Assembly (NCBI GenBank): GCA_963976765.1 | Contig: CAXBME010000001.1 | Span: forward strand, 186,001 to 250,000 | From: an uncultured Planctomycetaceae bacterium | Lineage (GTDB): Bacteria; Planctomycetota; Planctomycetia; Planctomycetales; Planctomycetaceae | DNA: 64,000 nucleotides | Direction of reading: 5' to 3' | In this document: in pieces, positions 1-9,551 of the stretch | Position numbering within the stretch: position 1 is the first letter of the stretch | How the letters are laid out: the number at the start of each line of letters is the position of its first letter | Notes under the pieces: model-generated | Database searches by the model: none | Seen by the model: the letters and a program-made list of their open reading frames with translations, nothing else | Told to the model about the DNA's origin: nothing | Made by a program: the position numbers and the translations under genes

Positions 1-1668
1 ATCGATTTCGATGTCAAGGAGTACCACCTTCAGGGGCCGAAAGAGTGGTTCATGAACGGGGCGATCGAGATGCTGCCTCACAATGTTTATACGAGCTTCC
101 CGTTTCTGACCGAGATGTTCCATCTGCTTGGCATGGAGCTGTCCAGCGACTGGTACCTGGGCGCTCTGGCCGGCAAGCTCGTGTTGATGACGTTTGCGCC
201 GCTGACCGCTCTTGCTGTCTTTGCTGCCGCTGATCGGTTGTTCGATCGCCGAGCCGCCTGGGCCGCGATGCTGATTCACCTGTCGACGCCGTGGACGTAT
301 CGAATTTCGATCATCGCGTACGCCGAAGGTGGCCTGACGTTTTTCCTGATGGCAGCCACACTGGCAGTCATTATCCGAGTGCAGGCTCAGCCGTCGGGGA
401 TGGCCTCGCCCGAAACTCAATCGTCGTCGTCGGGGGCCGGACAGCTCACGATGCTGATTGGACTGCTGGCTGGCAGCGCGATGGCCTGCAAGTATCCTGG
501 CCTGTTGTCGGTTGTGTTTCCCGCCGTCGCCGTCTTGCTTCTGCTCGAATGGAAATCTCAGGAAGAGACGCCTCAGGCTCGACGCGTCGCGAAGATGCTC
601 GCCGTTTTTGCAGCTGGAGTCTGCATTACGATCGGACCGTGGCTGCTGAAGAACCTATACGAAACCGGCAATCCTGTTTACCCGCTGATGAACAGCGTGT
701 TCCACGGCATCGACTGGACGCCGACTCTGGAAGCGAACTGGAAACACGCTCACGGACCGCCGCATTATCAGCCGTTCGATCTGCTCGTGAAGTTTTACGA
801 TGTCACGCTGAAGAGCGACTGGCTCAGCCCGCTGATGTTTTCGCTGGCTCCTCTGGCGTTTCTGACGCGGTGGAATCGCCGTTTGATCGGTGGTCTGTGG
901 CTGTATGTTGGTTTCCTGTTTCTCAGTTGGTGGACGCTGACTCACCGCCTGGACCGGTTCTGGATTCCACTTATCCCGATCGTGGCGCTGCTGGCCGGCG
1001 GCGGAGTCTGGTGGACGACGCACCAGCTCTGGCGATACGCAGCCGGAGCGTTCGTGGCTCTTTGCGTTCTCTTTAACCTGGGTTTTATCACGACAGTCAA
1101 CTGCGGCCTGAATACCTGGCTGGGCGATCTCACTGAAGTTCGCGACGAATCGGAATTCACGTCCGAACCCGTCGCTTACCTGAATCGAATGCGGCTGCCG
1201 ACGGATGCGAAAGTTCTGTTCGTGGGTGAAGCCCAGGTCTTCGATGTCCAGGTTCCACTGGTCTATAACACGGTCTTCGATATTTCGATCTTTGAACAGT
1301 GGTGTTCGGCCAACGAGCCCGGTGTTCCGATCGCCGATCAGAAAATGAAGTCGACTGACGAAATTCGAAAGCGGCTGAAGAGTGAAGGGATCACGCACAT
1401 TCTGGTCAACTGGCAGGAAGTGCTCCGTTACAGAACGACGTATGGAATCTCCGAATTCCTTGCACCGTGGCGGTTCAGGCATTTGCAGAAGGAAGGCATC
1501 CTTCACCGCAACGTGACGTCACTCTCTGGTGCCCGACCGATGGATTCATTCAGCGATTCTGATCGAAAGGTCATTGAAGAATGGGCTCCAGAATTGATCA
1601 TCCGTTACGAAGGTCAGCCCGCGTTTGTGACTTCGCAATTTTTTCTTGTGACCGATTCTGAAGATTAG
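1..1668 (+). CDS. Polytopic membrane protein, ArnT/GT39 (GT-C fold)-like glycosyltransferase; 5' end lies outside the window
   Basis: Frame is open from base 1 (IDFDVKEYHLQGPKEWF...). Many TM helices, ACKYPG motif, 'KNLYETGNPVYP' motif, soluble C-terminal domain. Confidence 0.65.
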   Translation: MDFDVKEYHLQGPKEWFMNGAIEMLPHNVYTSFPFLTEMFHLLGMELSSDWYLGALAGKLVLMTFAPLTALAVFAAADRLFDRRAAWAAMLIHLSTPWTYRISIIAYAEGGLTFFLMAATLAVIIRVQAQPSGMASPETQSSSSGAGQLTMLIGLLAGSAMACKYPGLLSVVFPAVAVLLLLEWKSQEETPQARRVAKMLAVFAAGVCITIGPWLLKNLYETGNPVYPLMNSVFHGIDWTPTLEANWKHAHGPPHYQPFDLLVKFYDVTLKSDWLSPLMFSLAPLAFLTRWNRRLIGGLWLYVGFLFLSWWTLTHRLDRFWIPLIPIVALLAGGGVWWTTHQLWRYAAGAFVALCVLFNLGFITTVNCGLNTWLGDLTEVRDESEFTSEPVAYLNRMRLPTDAKVLFVGEAQVFDVQVPLVYNTVFDISIFEQWCSANEPGVPIADQKMKSTDEIRKRLKSEGITHILVNWQEVLRYRTTYGISEFLAPWRFRHLQKEGILHRNVTSLSGARPMDSFSDSDRKVIEEWAPELIIRYEGQPAFVTSQFFLVTDSED

Positions 1669-1754
1669 AACGCAGAGTTCAGAGAGGACTTGCAGAGAAA
1701 GGGGAGAGTCTCCTTCGTTCTCTGCGCCTTTTTCTCTCTGCAACCTCTGCGTTC
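1668..1754. repeat. Imperfect inverted repeat built from (C)GCAGAG / CTCTGC(G) units
   Basis: gaacgcagag (1668-1677) pairs with ctctgcgttc (1745-1754); further gcagag/ctctgc copies lie inside. Confidence 0.7.
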
Positions 1755-1795
1755 CGAAGAGCCGAATTTCAAAAGCTGATCATCGAGTACGTCAA

Positions 1796-2689
1796 ATGCC
1801 GAGTGTCGAAAATACTCAACCCGATAACCTGCAACGATCAAAAAATCGTCGGCTGCGCGACATGCTGGCTGGAGAGCAGATCGTTCGGTCGTTCGCCCCG
1901 CACGATGTGTTTACGGCTCGGATTCTGGAAGAGGCTGGCATCGAACTGCTTTTCCTGGGGGGCTTTGGAGTTTCTGCCAGCGTGTTGGGAATCCCTGACG
2001 TTGGCCTGACTACGCTCACCGAAATGACCGAGGCTGTCCGAAGGATGGCCGATCGTTTGACAGTTCCGCTGATCGCTGACGGCGATACCGGGCACGGAGA
2101 TCTGCATAACGTCGCTCGGACCGTGCGTGACTTCGAACGGGCTGGTGCGTCGGGGATGCTGCTGGAAGATCAGGTCGCTCCCAAACGGTGTGGACATTTC
2201 AGCGGCAAGCAGGTGATTCCAGCGGAAGAAATGCTCGATAAGCTGAAGGTGGCGCTCGACACTCGCAGCGATCCCGATTTTGTGATCATTGCCCGAACCG
2301 ACGCGCGAGCCGTCGAAGGCCTCGACGCAGCCATCGAACGTGCCAACCAGTACGGCGATGCAGGAGCGGACGTGTGCTTTGTCGAGGCTCCGCAATCGGT
2401 CGACGAACTGGCACGCGTCGTGAGGGATGTTCCTTTTCAGCAACTCGCTAATATGCTGCCCGGCGGAGTCACTCCGATCCTGGCGGCCGACGAGTTGCAG
2501 CAGCTTGGTTTCCGAATCGTTGTCGACCCGGTGGGCACGCTTCTGGCGACAGGGTTTGTGATGAAGCTGCTCGCCACAGCGATGCTGAACGACGGGCGAG
2601 TCGATCAACTCTCGTCGCAGATGCTGAGTTTCGCCGAAGTCAAAAAGTTGCTGGGCCTGGACGAAATCTCAAATCTGAGGCACCGTTGA
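1796..2689 (+). CDS. Isocitrate lyase/PEP mutase family enzyme (2-methylisocitrate lyase-like)
   Basis: IADGDTGHG, EDQVAPKRCGH catalytic loop, IIARTDA. Confidence 0.85.
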   Translation: MPSVENTQPDNLQRSKNRRLRDMLAGEQIVRSFAPHDVFTARILEEAGIELLFLGGFGVSASVLGIPDVGLTTLTEMTEAVRRMADRLTVPLIADGDTGHGDLHNVARTVRDFERAGASGMLLEDQVAPKRCGHFSGKQVIPAEEMLDKLKVALDTRSDPDFVIIARTDARAVEGLDAAIERANQYGDAGADVCFVEAPQSVDELARVVRDVPFQQLANMLPGGVTPILAADELQQLGFRIVVDPVGTLLATGFVMKLLATAMLNDGRVDQLSSQMLSFAEVKKLLGLDEISNLRHR

Positions 2690-2733
2690 AAGTCTTTGTC
2701 GAGTAACGCAGTTCGAAACGGATACAACGTCTG

Positions 2734-3726
2734 ATGAGGACGGTGCTGACGACAATTGGTCTGCTGCTGGCTTTGACTGCTTTTGGCACGGTCGGCTTTC
2801 GTATTACATCCGGCAGCGGGTGGGTGGAAAGCCTTTACCTGGCGGTTGTGACGTTGACGACCGTCGGGTCGCGCGACGCCGGCACCAACAACACGTCGAT
2901 GCTGTTTGTTGTGTTTTATCTGGCAACGGGACTTGGAATTTCGACATTCAGCGTGTTTCAGCTCGGCAGTCGGGTTGTCAGTGCCGATTTTCGCGAAATG
3001 CTGGAGAGGCGACGGATGCAGAAAATAATCAGCGATCTGAATGGGCATTCCATCATTTGCGGGCAAGGGCGGATGGGATTGGAAATCTGCGAATACCTCG
3101 CCGAGCGAGGTCGATCGATTGTCGTCGTTGATCACGACGAGGAGCGAATCCAGCCTGTGTGTAAAGAGCACGGCTGGCCGTTCATCGTCGGTGACGCCAC
3201 CGACGATGACGTCCTGAAGTTCGCCGGCATCGATCGAGCCGCCTCGCTGACGACCGTTCTCGCCACAGACGCCGACAACCTGTACGTCGTCCTTTCCGCG
3301 AGGATGCTGAATCCTCAGGTAAAGATCATCGCGCGAGCTGTGGACGAGAAGGCGGTTGAAAAACTCGAACGCGCCGGAGCGACGCGCGTCGTGAGTCCGT
3401 TCCGAACCGGAGCGGTCAAGATGGCTCGATTCATGCTGAATCCGAGCATTGAGGACTTCATTGAAATCGCCGACAGCCGCGGCAACGAACTTGAACTGGC
3501 CGACATTCAGATCTCACCGGAAAGCGCTTACGTCGGTCTCAAGCTGATGGAAACAGACTTCCGATCCCGAGGCGTCATGGTCATTGGTATCCGCCGGGCA
3601 AGCGGCGCACGCCTGATGCCTCCGCCCGGCGACGCCGTCATTCAGGCAGAAGACAGCCTCTTCGTCTTCGGCAACGCTGACGCCGTTAATGGAATCGTTG
3701 ACCGCTCGGATGAGACGGTTTCCTGA
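2734..3726 (+). CDS. Potassium channel with TrkA-N/TrkA-C (RCK) domains
   Basis: 2 TM plus pore TLTTVG, ICGQGRMG Rossmann motif, GDAT, C-terminal TrkA-C. Confidence 0.9.
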   Translation: MRTVLTTIGLLLALTAFGTVGFRITSGSGWVESLYLAVVTLTTVGSRDAGTNNTSMLFVVFYLATGLGISTFSVFQLGSRVVSADFREMLERRRMQKIISDLNGHSIICGQGRMGLEICEYLAERGRSIVVVDHDEERIQPVCKEHGWPFIVGDATDDDVLKFAGIDRAASLTTVLATDADNLYVVLSARMLNPQVKIIARAVDEKAVEKLERAGATRVVSPFRTGAVKMARFMLNPSIEDFIEIADSRGNELELADIQISPESAYVGLKLMETDFRSRGVMVIGIRRASGARLMPPPGDAVIQAEDSLFVFGNADAVNGIVDRSDETVS

Positions 3727-3740
3727 CCGCTCAGCCTTAG

Positions 3741-5363
3741 CTACACGCCGACCTGCATTCGTGATTTGTGCCTGAGCAGGGCGGCTTCGAGGAAGCTGCG
3801 GAAGACGGGATGTGGTTCCAATGGTTTGGATTTGAATTCCGGGTGGAACTGCACGGCCAGGAACCAGGGATGATCGGGGATTTCCACGATCTCAGCGAGC
3901 AGGCCGCTGGGGCTGGAGCCGGAAATCTGCATGCCGGCTTCGATGAACTGCTTCTTGTATTCCGGGTTGAATTCGTAGCGGTGGCGGTGTCGCTCGCTGA
4001 TTTCAGCTTCGCCATACACTCTGGCTGCCAGCGAATCTTCCTGCAGCACGCACGGCTGCGCACCCAATCGCATCGTGCCGCCTTTATTCGTGACGGTTTT
4101 CTGATCTTCCAACAGACAGATGACTGGGTGATCGGTCGAGTCAGCGAACTCTGTGCTTTGTGCTCCTTCGAGGTCCAGCACGTTTCGAGCAAACTCGATC
4201 ACGGCGCACTGCATGCCGAGGCAGATTCCGAAGAAGGGGAGCTCGCATTGACGGGCGTAACGGATGGCTTCGATTTTGCCTTCGATACCTCGCATGCCGA
4301 ATCCGCCCGGAACCAGAATTCCATCGACGCCGGCCAGCAACGATTCCGGTCCCTGTTCGGCCAGGTCTTCGGCTTCGATCCGCTTCACGATGACTTTGGC
4401 AGCGTGCGAGAAACCGGCGTGGTCGAGCGATTCGTAAATCGATTTGTAAGCGTCGCGATGTTCAATGTATTTTCCGACGACGGCGATCGTGACTTCGTGG
4501 TCCGGGTTGCGGATTCGTTTCAGCAGTTCAAACCAGTCGTCCATGTCGAGATGGCCAGCGTTCAAGCCGAGCTTTTCGACGATCAACTGATCGAGGCCGT
4601 GTTCGACCAGTCCTTGCGGCACCTCGTAGATCGAGACCGTCTTGTCGACTTCTTCGATGACCGCTCGCTTTTCGACGTTGCAGAACATCGCGATCTTTTC
4701 GAGATTTTCCTGCCCCATCGGGCGTTCGCAGCGGACGACCAGAATGTCCGGCTGAATCCCGATCTCGCGAAGCTGACCGACGCTGTGCTGAGTCGGCTTG
4801 GTTTTCATTTCGCGAGCGGCTCGCAGGTACGGCACCAGCGTCAGGTGCATGAACAGGCAGTTCTCTTTGCCGATTTCGAGCGGGATTTGGCGGATGGCTT
4901 CCAGAAATGGCAGGCTTTCGATGTCGCCGACGGTGCCGCCGAGTTCTGTAATAACAATGTCGACGTCTGGCCCGGCTTCGCGCAGCACGCAGGCCTTGAT
5001 TTCGTTCGTCACGTGCGGGATGACCTGCACGGTTTTGCCGAGGTACTCGCCGCGACGTTCCTTGTCGATGACCTTCTGATAAATCTGCCCCGACGTGTAA
5101 TTCGAGCCGCGATCCAGGACGCTGTTGGTAAAGCGTTCGTAATGGCCCAGGTCGAGGTCGGTCTCAGAGCCATCGTCCAGCACATAGACTTCGCCGTGCT
5201 GATAGGGGCTCATCGTCCCGGGGTCGACGTTGAGGTACGGGTCCAGCTTCTGCATCTTGATCCGCAGGCCGCGACGTTCCAGCAGCATGGCGACCGAAGC
5301 CGCCGTCAGCCCTTTTCCAAGCGAACTGACCACACCACCGGTTACGAAAATATGCTTCGTCAT
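3741..5363 (-). CDS. pyrG: CTP synthase
   Basis: [39 protein letters not shown]. Confidence 0.99.
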   Translation of the reverse strand: MTKHIFVTGGVVSSLGKGLTAASVAMLLERRGLRIKMQKLDPYLNVDPGTMSPYQHGEVYVLDDGSETDLDLGHYERFTNSVLDRGSNYTSGQIYQKVIDKERRGEYLGKTVQVIPHVTNEIKACVLREAGPDVDIVITELGGTVGDIESLPFLEAIRQIPLEIGKENCLFMHLTLVPYLRAAREMKTKPTQHSVGQLREIGIQPDILVVRCERPMGQENLEKIAMFCNVEKRAVIEEVDKTVSIYEVPQGLVEHGLDQLIVEKLGLNAGHLDMDDWFELLKRIRNPDHEVTIAVVGKYIEHRDAYKSIYESLDHAGFSHAAKVIVKRIEAEDLAEQGPESLLAGVDGILVPGGFGMRGIEGKIEAIRYARQCELPFFGICLGMQCAVIEFARNVLDLEGAQSTEFADSTDHPVICLLEDQKTVTNKGGTMRLGAQPCVLQEDSLAARVYGEAEISERHRHRYEFNPEYKKQFIEAGMQISGSSPSGLLAEIVEIPDHPWFLAVQFHPEFKSKPLEPHPVFRSFLEAALLRHKSRMQVGV

Positions 5364-5470
5364 GACACCCTCAAACGGCGAAGACCCGGTCCCGAACGGG
5401 GCACCGGGTCTCCGGATACGTTGATGTTTTACCGATCTGCGAGGGGAGCTTTTCGAGCAATTTCGACCGG

Positions 5471-6244
5471 TCAGGCCGCCTTCCTCCCCGCGACGAAGCG
5501 AGCATAATCTTCCGGAGTGTCGATTCCAACTGAACGATGCGGGACCTCGGCAATCTGGATCGTCGCCCCCAGCTCCAGAGCGCGAAGCTGCTCCAGTTTC
5601 TCCAGATCTTCAAGTGGCGATGTCGGCTGCTCGGCCAGATGCAGCAGAAAATTTCGCCGATACGCATAAATTCCCAGGTGCAGCTTCCACGGCGAGTTCC
5701 CGGCCAGCCGTTCGTCGCGGTCGCCGTCCCGCATAAATGGCACCGGACAGCGGCTGAAATAAAGAGCCCGGCCATCGGCCGCGCAGACCGCTTTCACGCA
5801 GCTGGGATCGTCGAGAATCCCCGCGTCCGTGATTGGGGCGCAAAGCGTCGCCATGTCGGCGTTTGGGTTGTCGATCAGCAACTGCGAGACTTTGTTGATC
5901 GAATCTGGATCGATGTCCGGCTCGTCGCCCTGGATATTTACGATGATGTCGGAATCGGGCAGGTGCTTGCGGACGACCTCGGCGATTCTGTCGGTGCCGC
6001 TGGGATGGTCGCCGGTCATCGCGACCTGAGCACCGAACCCCTTCACCGTCGCCGCAATCTGCAGGCTGTCTGTCGCGATGAGTAGATTCGGCTCGTCGCC
6101 GTTCAGCCCTGCGAGAATTGAAGCACAGCCGGCTGATTCCCAGGTGTGCTGAATAAGTGGCTTGCCGGTTTCAATAAGCAGCAGCTTGCCCGGCAACCGA
6201 GACGACTGCAGACGTGCCGGGATAATTCCAGTGACTTTCATCAT
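5471..6244 (-). CDS. kdsB: 3-deoxy-manno-octulosonate cytidylyltransferase
   Basis: [43 protein letters not shown]. Confidence 0.97.
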   Translation of the reverse strand: MMKVTGIIPARLQSSRLPGKLLLIETGKPLIQHTWESAGCASILAGLNGDEPNLLIATDSLQIAATVKGFGAQVAMTGDHPSGTDRIAEVVRKHLPDSDIIVNIQGDEPDIDPDSINKVSQLLIDNPNADMATLCAPITDAGILDDPSCVKAVCAADGRALYFSRCPVPFMRDGDRDERLAGNSPWKLHLGIYAYRRNFLLHLAEQPTSPLEDLEKLEQLRALELGATIQIAEVPHRSVGIDTPEDYARFVAGRKAA

Positions 6245-6343
6245 GACCTCCCTGTCATATTTGTCCGGCGGAATTCTGACGGATCCCCAGCCAGCGTGTC
6301 AGCGTCAATCTTTCGTGAGCTTCCCGCTAAAGGAGAACCTGAC

Positions 6344-6421
6344 GTGTGCCACTGGCTCTGCCAGTGCGGAACTGTTTGCGGGTGGCAGTTCCAAAAAGCA
6401 CTGGCAAAGCCAGTGGCACAC
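6344..6421. repeat. REP-like doublet forming a long hairpin
   Basis: gtgtgccactggctctgccagtgc (6344-6367) vs gcactggcaaagccagtggcacac (6398-6421); inner ggaactg/cagttcc stem. Confidence 0.85.
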
Positions 6422-6437
6422 TTTGTTGCCAGATTTA

Positions 6438-7877
6438 TTACCCGAACAGCTTCAGGCAGGGCGTGCCTTCGTTGAGCGTCGGGCGCTCCGGTCGGCCTTT
6501 GTATTTATAAACGACTTCCATGTGGTGCAGACCGAGCATGTGCAGGATCGTGGCGTGGAGATCGTGGACGTGCATGCGGTCCTCGATGGCGTGCAGGCCG
6601 AGTTCGTCGGTTTCGCCGATCGTTTGCCCGCCTTTGATGCCCGCTCCGGCCATCCACATGGTGAAGCCGGTGGCGTTGTGGTCTCGACCGTCGCCTTTTT
6701 CGCTCATCGGCGTTCGACCAAATTCGCCGCCCCAGACGACGAGTGTTGAATCCAGCAGGCCTCGTTGCTTGAGATCCTTCAGCAGACCGGCGACGGGTTT
6801 GTCACTTTCGCCGCAATTCGTCGTGTGGTTTTTCTCGATGGCCGAGTGAGCGTCCCACTTGCTGCCGGTTCCGTGGTAGAGCTGGACGAAGCGCACGCCT
6901 CGTTCGACCAGCCGCCGTGCCAGCAGGCAGTTTCGCCCGAAGGTGTTGGTTACCGCTCCGTCGGCGATTCCGTACATCTCCTGCGTCGTTGCCGTTTCCT
7001 GACTCAGGTCGACTGCTTCCGGAGCCGTCGCCTGCATTCGGAACGCCAGTTCGTAGCTCTTGATGCGAGCATCCAGCTCGGTCTGCTGAGGTCGCGTCTT
7101 CGCGTGCTGACGGTTCAGCTCGGTGAGAAAGTCCAGCTTTGCTTTCTGACGCTCCGGCGTGACGCCTTTGGGAGTCGTCAGGTTGGCGATGGGCTCGTTG
7201 CCTGAACGTAGCCTTGTTCCCTGATAAGCCGCAGGCATGAAACCGGAACCCCAGTTGCGAGGCCCGTTCACTGGATCCGAAGGCTTGTCGGGAATCACGA
7301 CGAACGACGGCAGGTTCTGATTTTCCGTACCCAGGCCGTAGCTGACCCACGCTCCGAGCGACGGTCGCCCGGCAGTGAAGACTCCGGTGTTCATCTGGCA
7401 GACGCCGCCGGAGTGGTTGATGCCGTTCGTCCAGCAGCCTCGCAGCACCGCAATGTCGTCAGCGCAGGTTGCGGTGTGAGGCAGCCAGTCGGAAACCCAC
7501 AAGCCGCTCTCGCCATGCTGCGCCCATTTTCGCTTCGGAGCGAGCAGTGGAGCGTTGTACTCGCCCATCGGCGTGATAACCGGCTTGAACGACGAGGGCA
7601 GCGGCTGTCCCGCCATCTTTGTCAGAAGCGGTTTTGGATCGAACAGATCCATGTGCGAAGGCCCACCTTCCATGAAGAGGAAGATTACATTCTTCGCATG
7701 TGGAAAACCGGTTGGTAGCCTCGGAGCCGCCGTCGAACTGGCTTTTCCTTCGGAGGCGAGCAGGCTCGATTCGCGGCTCAGCAGATCAGCCAGCGCCAGT
7801 CCCCCGAAACCGGCTCCGCTCCGCAGAAGCATGTCCCGCCGGCTGAGTGCCGGTTCGAAATGCGGAACGGAATTCAT
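6438..7877 (-). CDS. DUF1501 family protein with Tat-like signal
   Basis: SRRDML twin-arginine motif, FLFMEGGPSHMDLFDPKP, ARRLVERGVRFV, GEFGRTP, GRDH. Start codon uncertain (7877 or up to 7943). Confidence 0.92.
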   Translation of the reverse strand: MNSVPHFEPALSRRDMLLRSGAGFGGLALADLLSRESSLLASEGKASSTAAPRLPTGFPHAKNVIFLFMEGGPSHMDLFDPKPLLTKMAGQPLPSSFKPVITPMGEYNAPLLAPKRKWAQHGESGLWVSDWLPHTATCADDIAVLRGCWTNGINHSGGVCQMNTGVFTAGRPSLGAWVSYGLGTENQNLPSFVVIPDKPSDPVNGPRNWGSGFMPAAYQGTRLRSGNEPIANLTTPKGVTPERQKAKLDFLTELNRQHAKTRPQQTELDARIKSYELAFRMQATAPEAVDLSQETATTQEMYGIADGAVTNTFGRNCLLARRLVERGVRFVQLYHGTGSKWDAHSAIEKNHTTNCGESDKPVAGLLKDLKQRGLLDSTLVVWGGEFGRTPMSEKGDGRDHNATGFTMWMAGAGIKGGQTIGETDELGLHAIEDRMHVHDLHATILHMLGLHHMEVVYKYKGRPERPTLNEGTPCLKLFG

Positions 7878-7936
7878 GCTGGCAAGTCTTGAAGTCGTTG
7901 GCGTGGTCACAGCTTTGTCCTCAACGGCAGATTCCC

Positions 7937-8002
7937 GGTTCAATGTTCCAGGTCAGGTATTCAGCATACCCAACATTGAACCTGGAACATGGAACCTGGA
8001 AC
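7937..8002. repeat. Short 7-mer repeat (AACMTGG-like) in inverted arrangement
   Basis: ggttcaatgttccagg ... aacattgaacctggaacatggaacctggaac. Confidence 0.7.
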
Positions 8003-8012
8003 AAACTTAGCC

Positions 8013-8480
8013 CTATTTTTCGTCGTCGGCACAAACCCAGCCGCCGAGCGTCGTTTCGTAGTCGCACAATTCGGTATCGCTGAAGTAAATGGCGATTTCG
8101 CGAGCGGCGGCATCCGGGCCATCGCTGCCATGAACGAGGTTCATCTGGCGGCTGACTCCGTAGTCACCTCGAATCGTGCCCAGCGGAGCTTCGCGGCCGT
8201 TGGTGGATCCGAGCATCGCTCGCACGACGGAGATTGCTTCGGGGCCTTCCAGAACCATTGCCACGACCGGGCCGGACGTGATGAATTCTTCGAGCAGCGG
8301 GTAGAACGGCCGTTCGAGGTGCTCTTCATAATGCCTTTGAGCGAGCTCCTTTGTGACGTTCAGCATTTTCAGGCCGACAGTCTTCAGGCCTTTGCGTTCG
8401 AAGCGGTTGTAAAGTTCTCCAACGAGTCGTCGTTGCACAGCGTCCGGCTTGAGCAGCACAAATGTTCGTTCCGTAGCCAT
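8013..8480 (-). CDS. ndk: Nucleoside diphosphate kinase
   Basis: ERTFVLLKPDAV, GTIRGDY, NLVHGSD. Confidence 0.99.
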   Translation of the reverse strand: MATERTFVLLKPDAVQRRLVGELYNRFERKGLKTVGLKMLNVTKELAQRHYEEHLERPFYPLLEEFITSGPVVAMVLEGPEAISVVRAMLGSTNGREAPLGTIRGDYGVSRQMNLVHGSDGPDAAAREIAIYFSDTELCDYETTLGGWVCADDEK

Positions 8481-8816
8481 TTTTGTCTTTCATCAGGTTA
8501 GTCGGGTTCAGCGATTCACGTTCCGAAGTTTTTATTTTAATCTGGAACATGGAACTGTCGAACGGGTGAAACATCGTCGGTTGCCACCCACGGGTTTTCG
8601 TCTGAAATTCAGCGAAGTGGCGGAGCGTATTCGAACATTCCTGGCCGTTGCAACGTGCGTGATGTTCGAGTTTCCAAGGATTCCCGACAGCTCTCCGTTT
8701 GAGTCCGAAGTGTCTCACGCTATGCTCTGCGGCTTGACCCACGTGGCTGCTTGCGGCCACTTGAGAATTCGGCGTCAAATCCAACCACCACCAGATTTTC
8801 AAAGAGGCGGCGAGTC

Positions 8817-9416
8817 GTGCAGCCATCCAATCCGCAACGCAGCGAATCTTTTATCCGACAGCCCCGGTTTCTGATCCTCACCGCGCTGGTCCTGCTGGCC
8901 GCTTTGTGTCGGATGGTGGATCACGGATTTGTGAATGTCGCCCCGATCGGCGCGATGGCTCTCTTTGGTGGAGCCTGCTTTCGTTCTCGAAAAGCCGCGT
9001 TTCTGGTTCCGGTGTCGGCTCTTTTGTTGAGCGACGTGCTGCTCAACCTGACTCGACACAGCAACCAGTGGTCGGAAGCCTGGAAGTTGACCGCGTTCAC
9101 GTACCTGGCCTTCGTGCTGGTCGTGTCGCTGGGGATGCTTCTCCGCAACCGAACTCGCAGTGTGTTTGCGATCGCTGGCGGCTCGCTGGTCGGCTCGATC
9201 GTCTTCTTCGTCGTGTCGAACTTCGGCTGGTGGATGACGATGGGCTTCCACACTCCGGACTTCGCCGGCCTGACCCAGTGCTACGTTCAGGCGTTGCCCT
9301 TCTTCCGTAACACCATCGCCAGCGACCTGGCCTTCAACGCGGTCCTCTTCGGCTGCTTCGCTCTGGCCGAAAGCCGAGTCCTCGCACCTCGCCCAGCCGT
9401 CGCGGAAGCCGTGTAA
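8817..9416 (+). CDS. Membrane protein, DUF6580-like putative transporter component
   Basis: NVAPIGAMALFGG, FFVVSNFG, CYVQALPFFRNT motifs; GTG start after aagagg. Confidence 0.75.
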   Translation: MQPSNPQRSESFIRQPRFLILTALVLLAALCRMVDHGFVNVAPIGAMALFGGACFRSRKAAFLVPVSALLLSDVLLNLTRHSNQWSEAWKLTAFTYLAFVLVVSLGMLLRNRTRSVFAIAGGSLVGSIVFFVVSNFGWWMTMGFHTPDFAGLTQCYVQALPFFRNTIASDLAFNAVLFGCFALAESRVLAPRPAVAEAV

Positions 9417-9495
9417 GGACGTTCGGAAAGCGACGCGGCATACGTTTTGCGGACTGAACGAAGCGAGCGATGTTCCGGCAATCGCGAACAAGATC

Positions 9496-9527
9496 GCTGT
9501 AGGGTGCGTCTTGACTCGCCCTACAGC
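9496..9527. repeat. GTAG-family REP hairpin between convergent genes (possible bidirectional terminator)
   Basis: gctgtaggg ... ccctacagc inverted repeat. Confidence 0.7.
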
Positions 9528-9551
9528 AGTCAGACCAGCCGCATTCGTGAC

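Noticed and set aside
3768..5507. 579-aa plus-strand ORF
   Set aside because: Antisense shadow of pyrG; no recognisable motifs; typical of GC-rich codon bias.
8480..8816. Possible cobalamin riboswitch or tRNA-Leu-like start (gcgaagtggcgga) upstream of the DUF6580-like gene
   Set aside because: No B12-box and no cloverleaf or acceptor-stem pairing found by eye.
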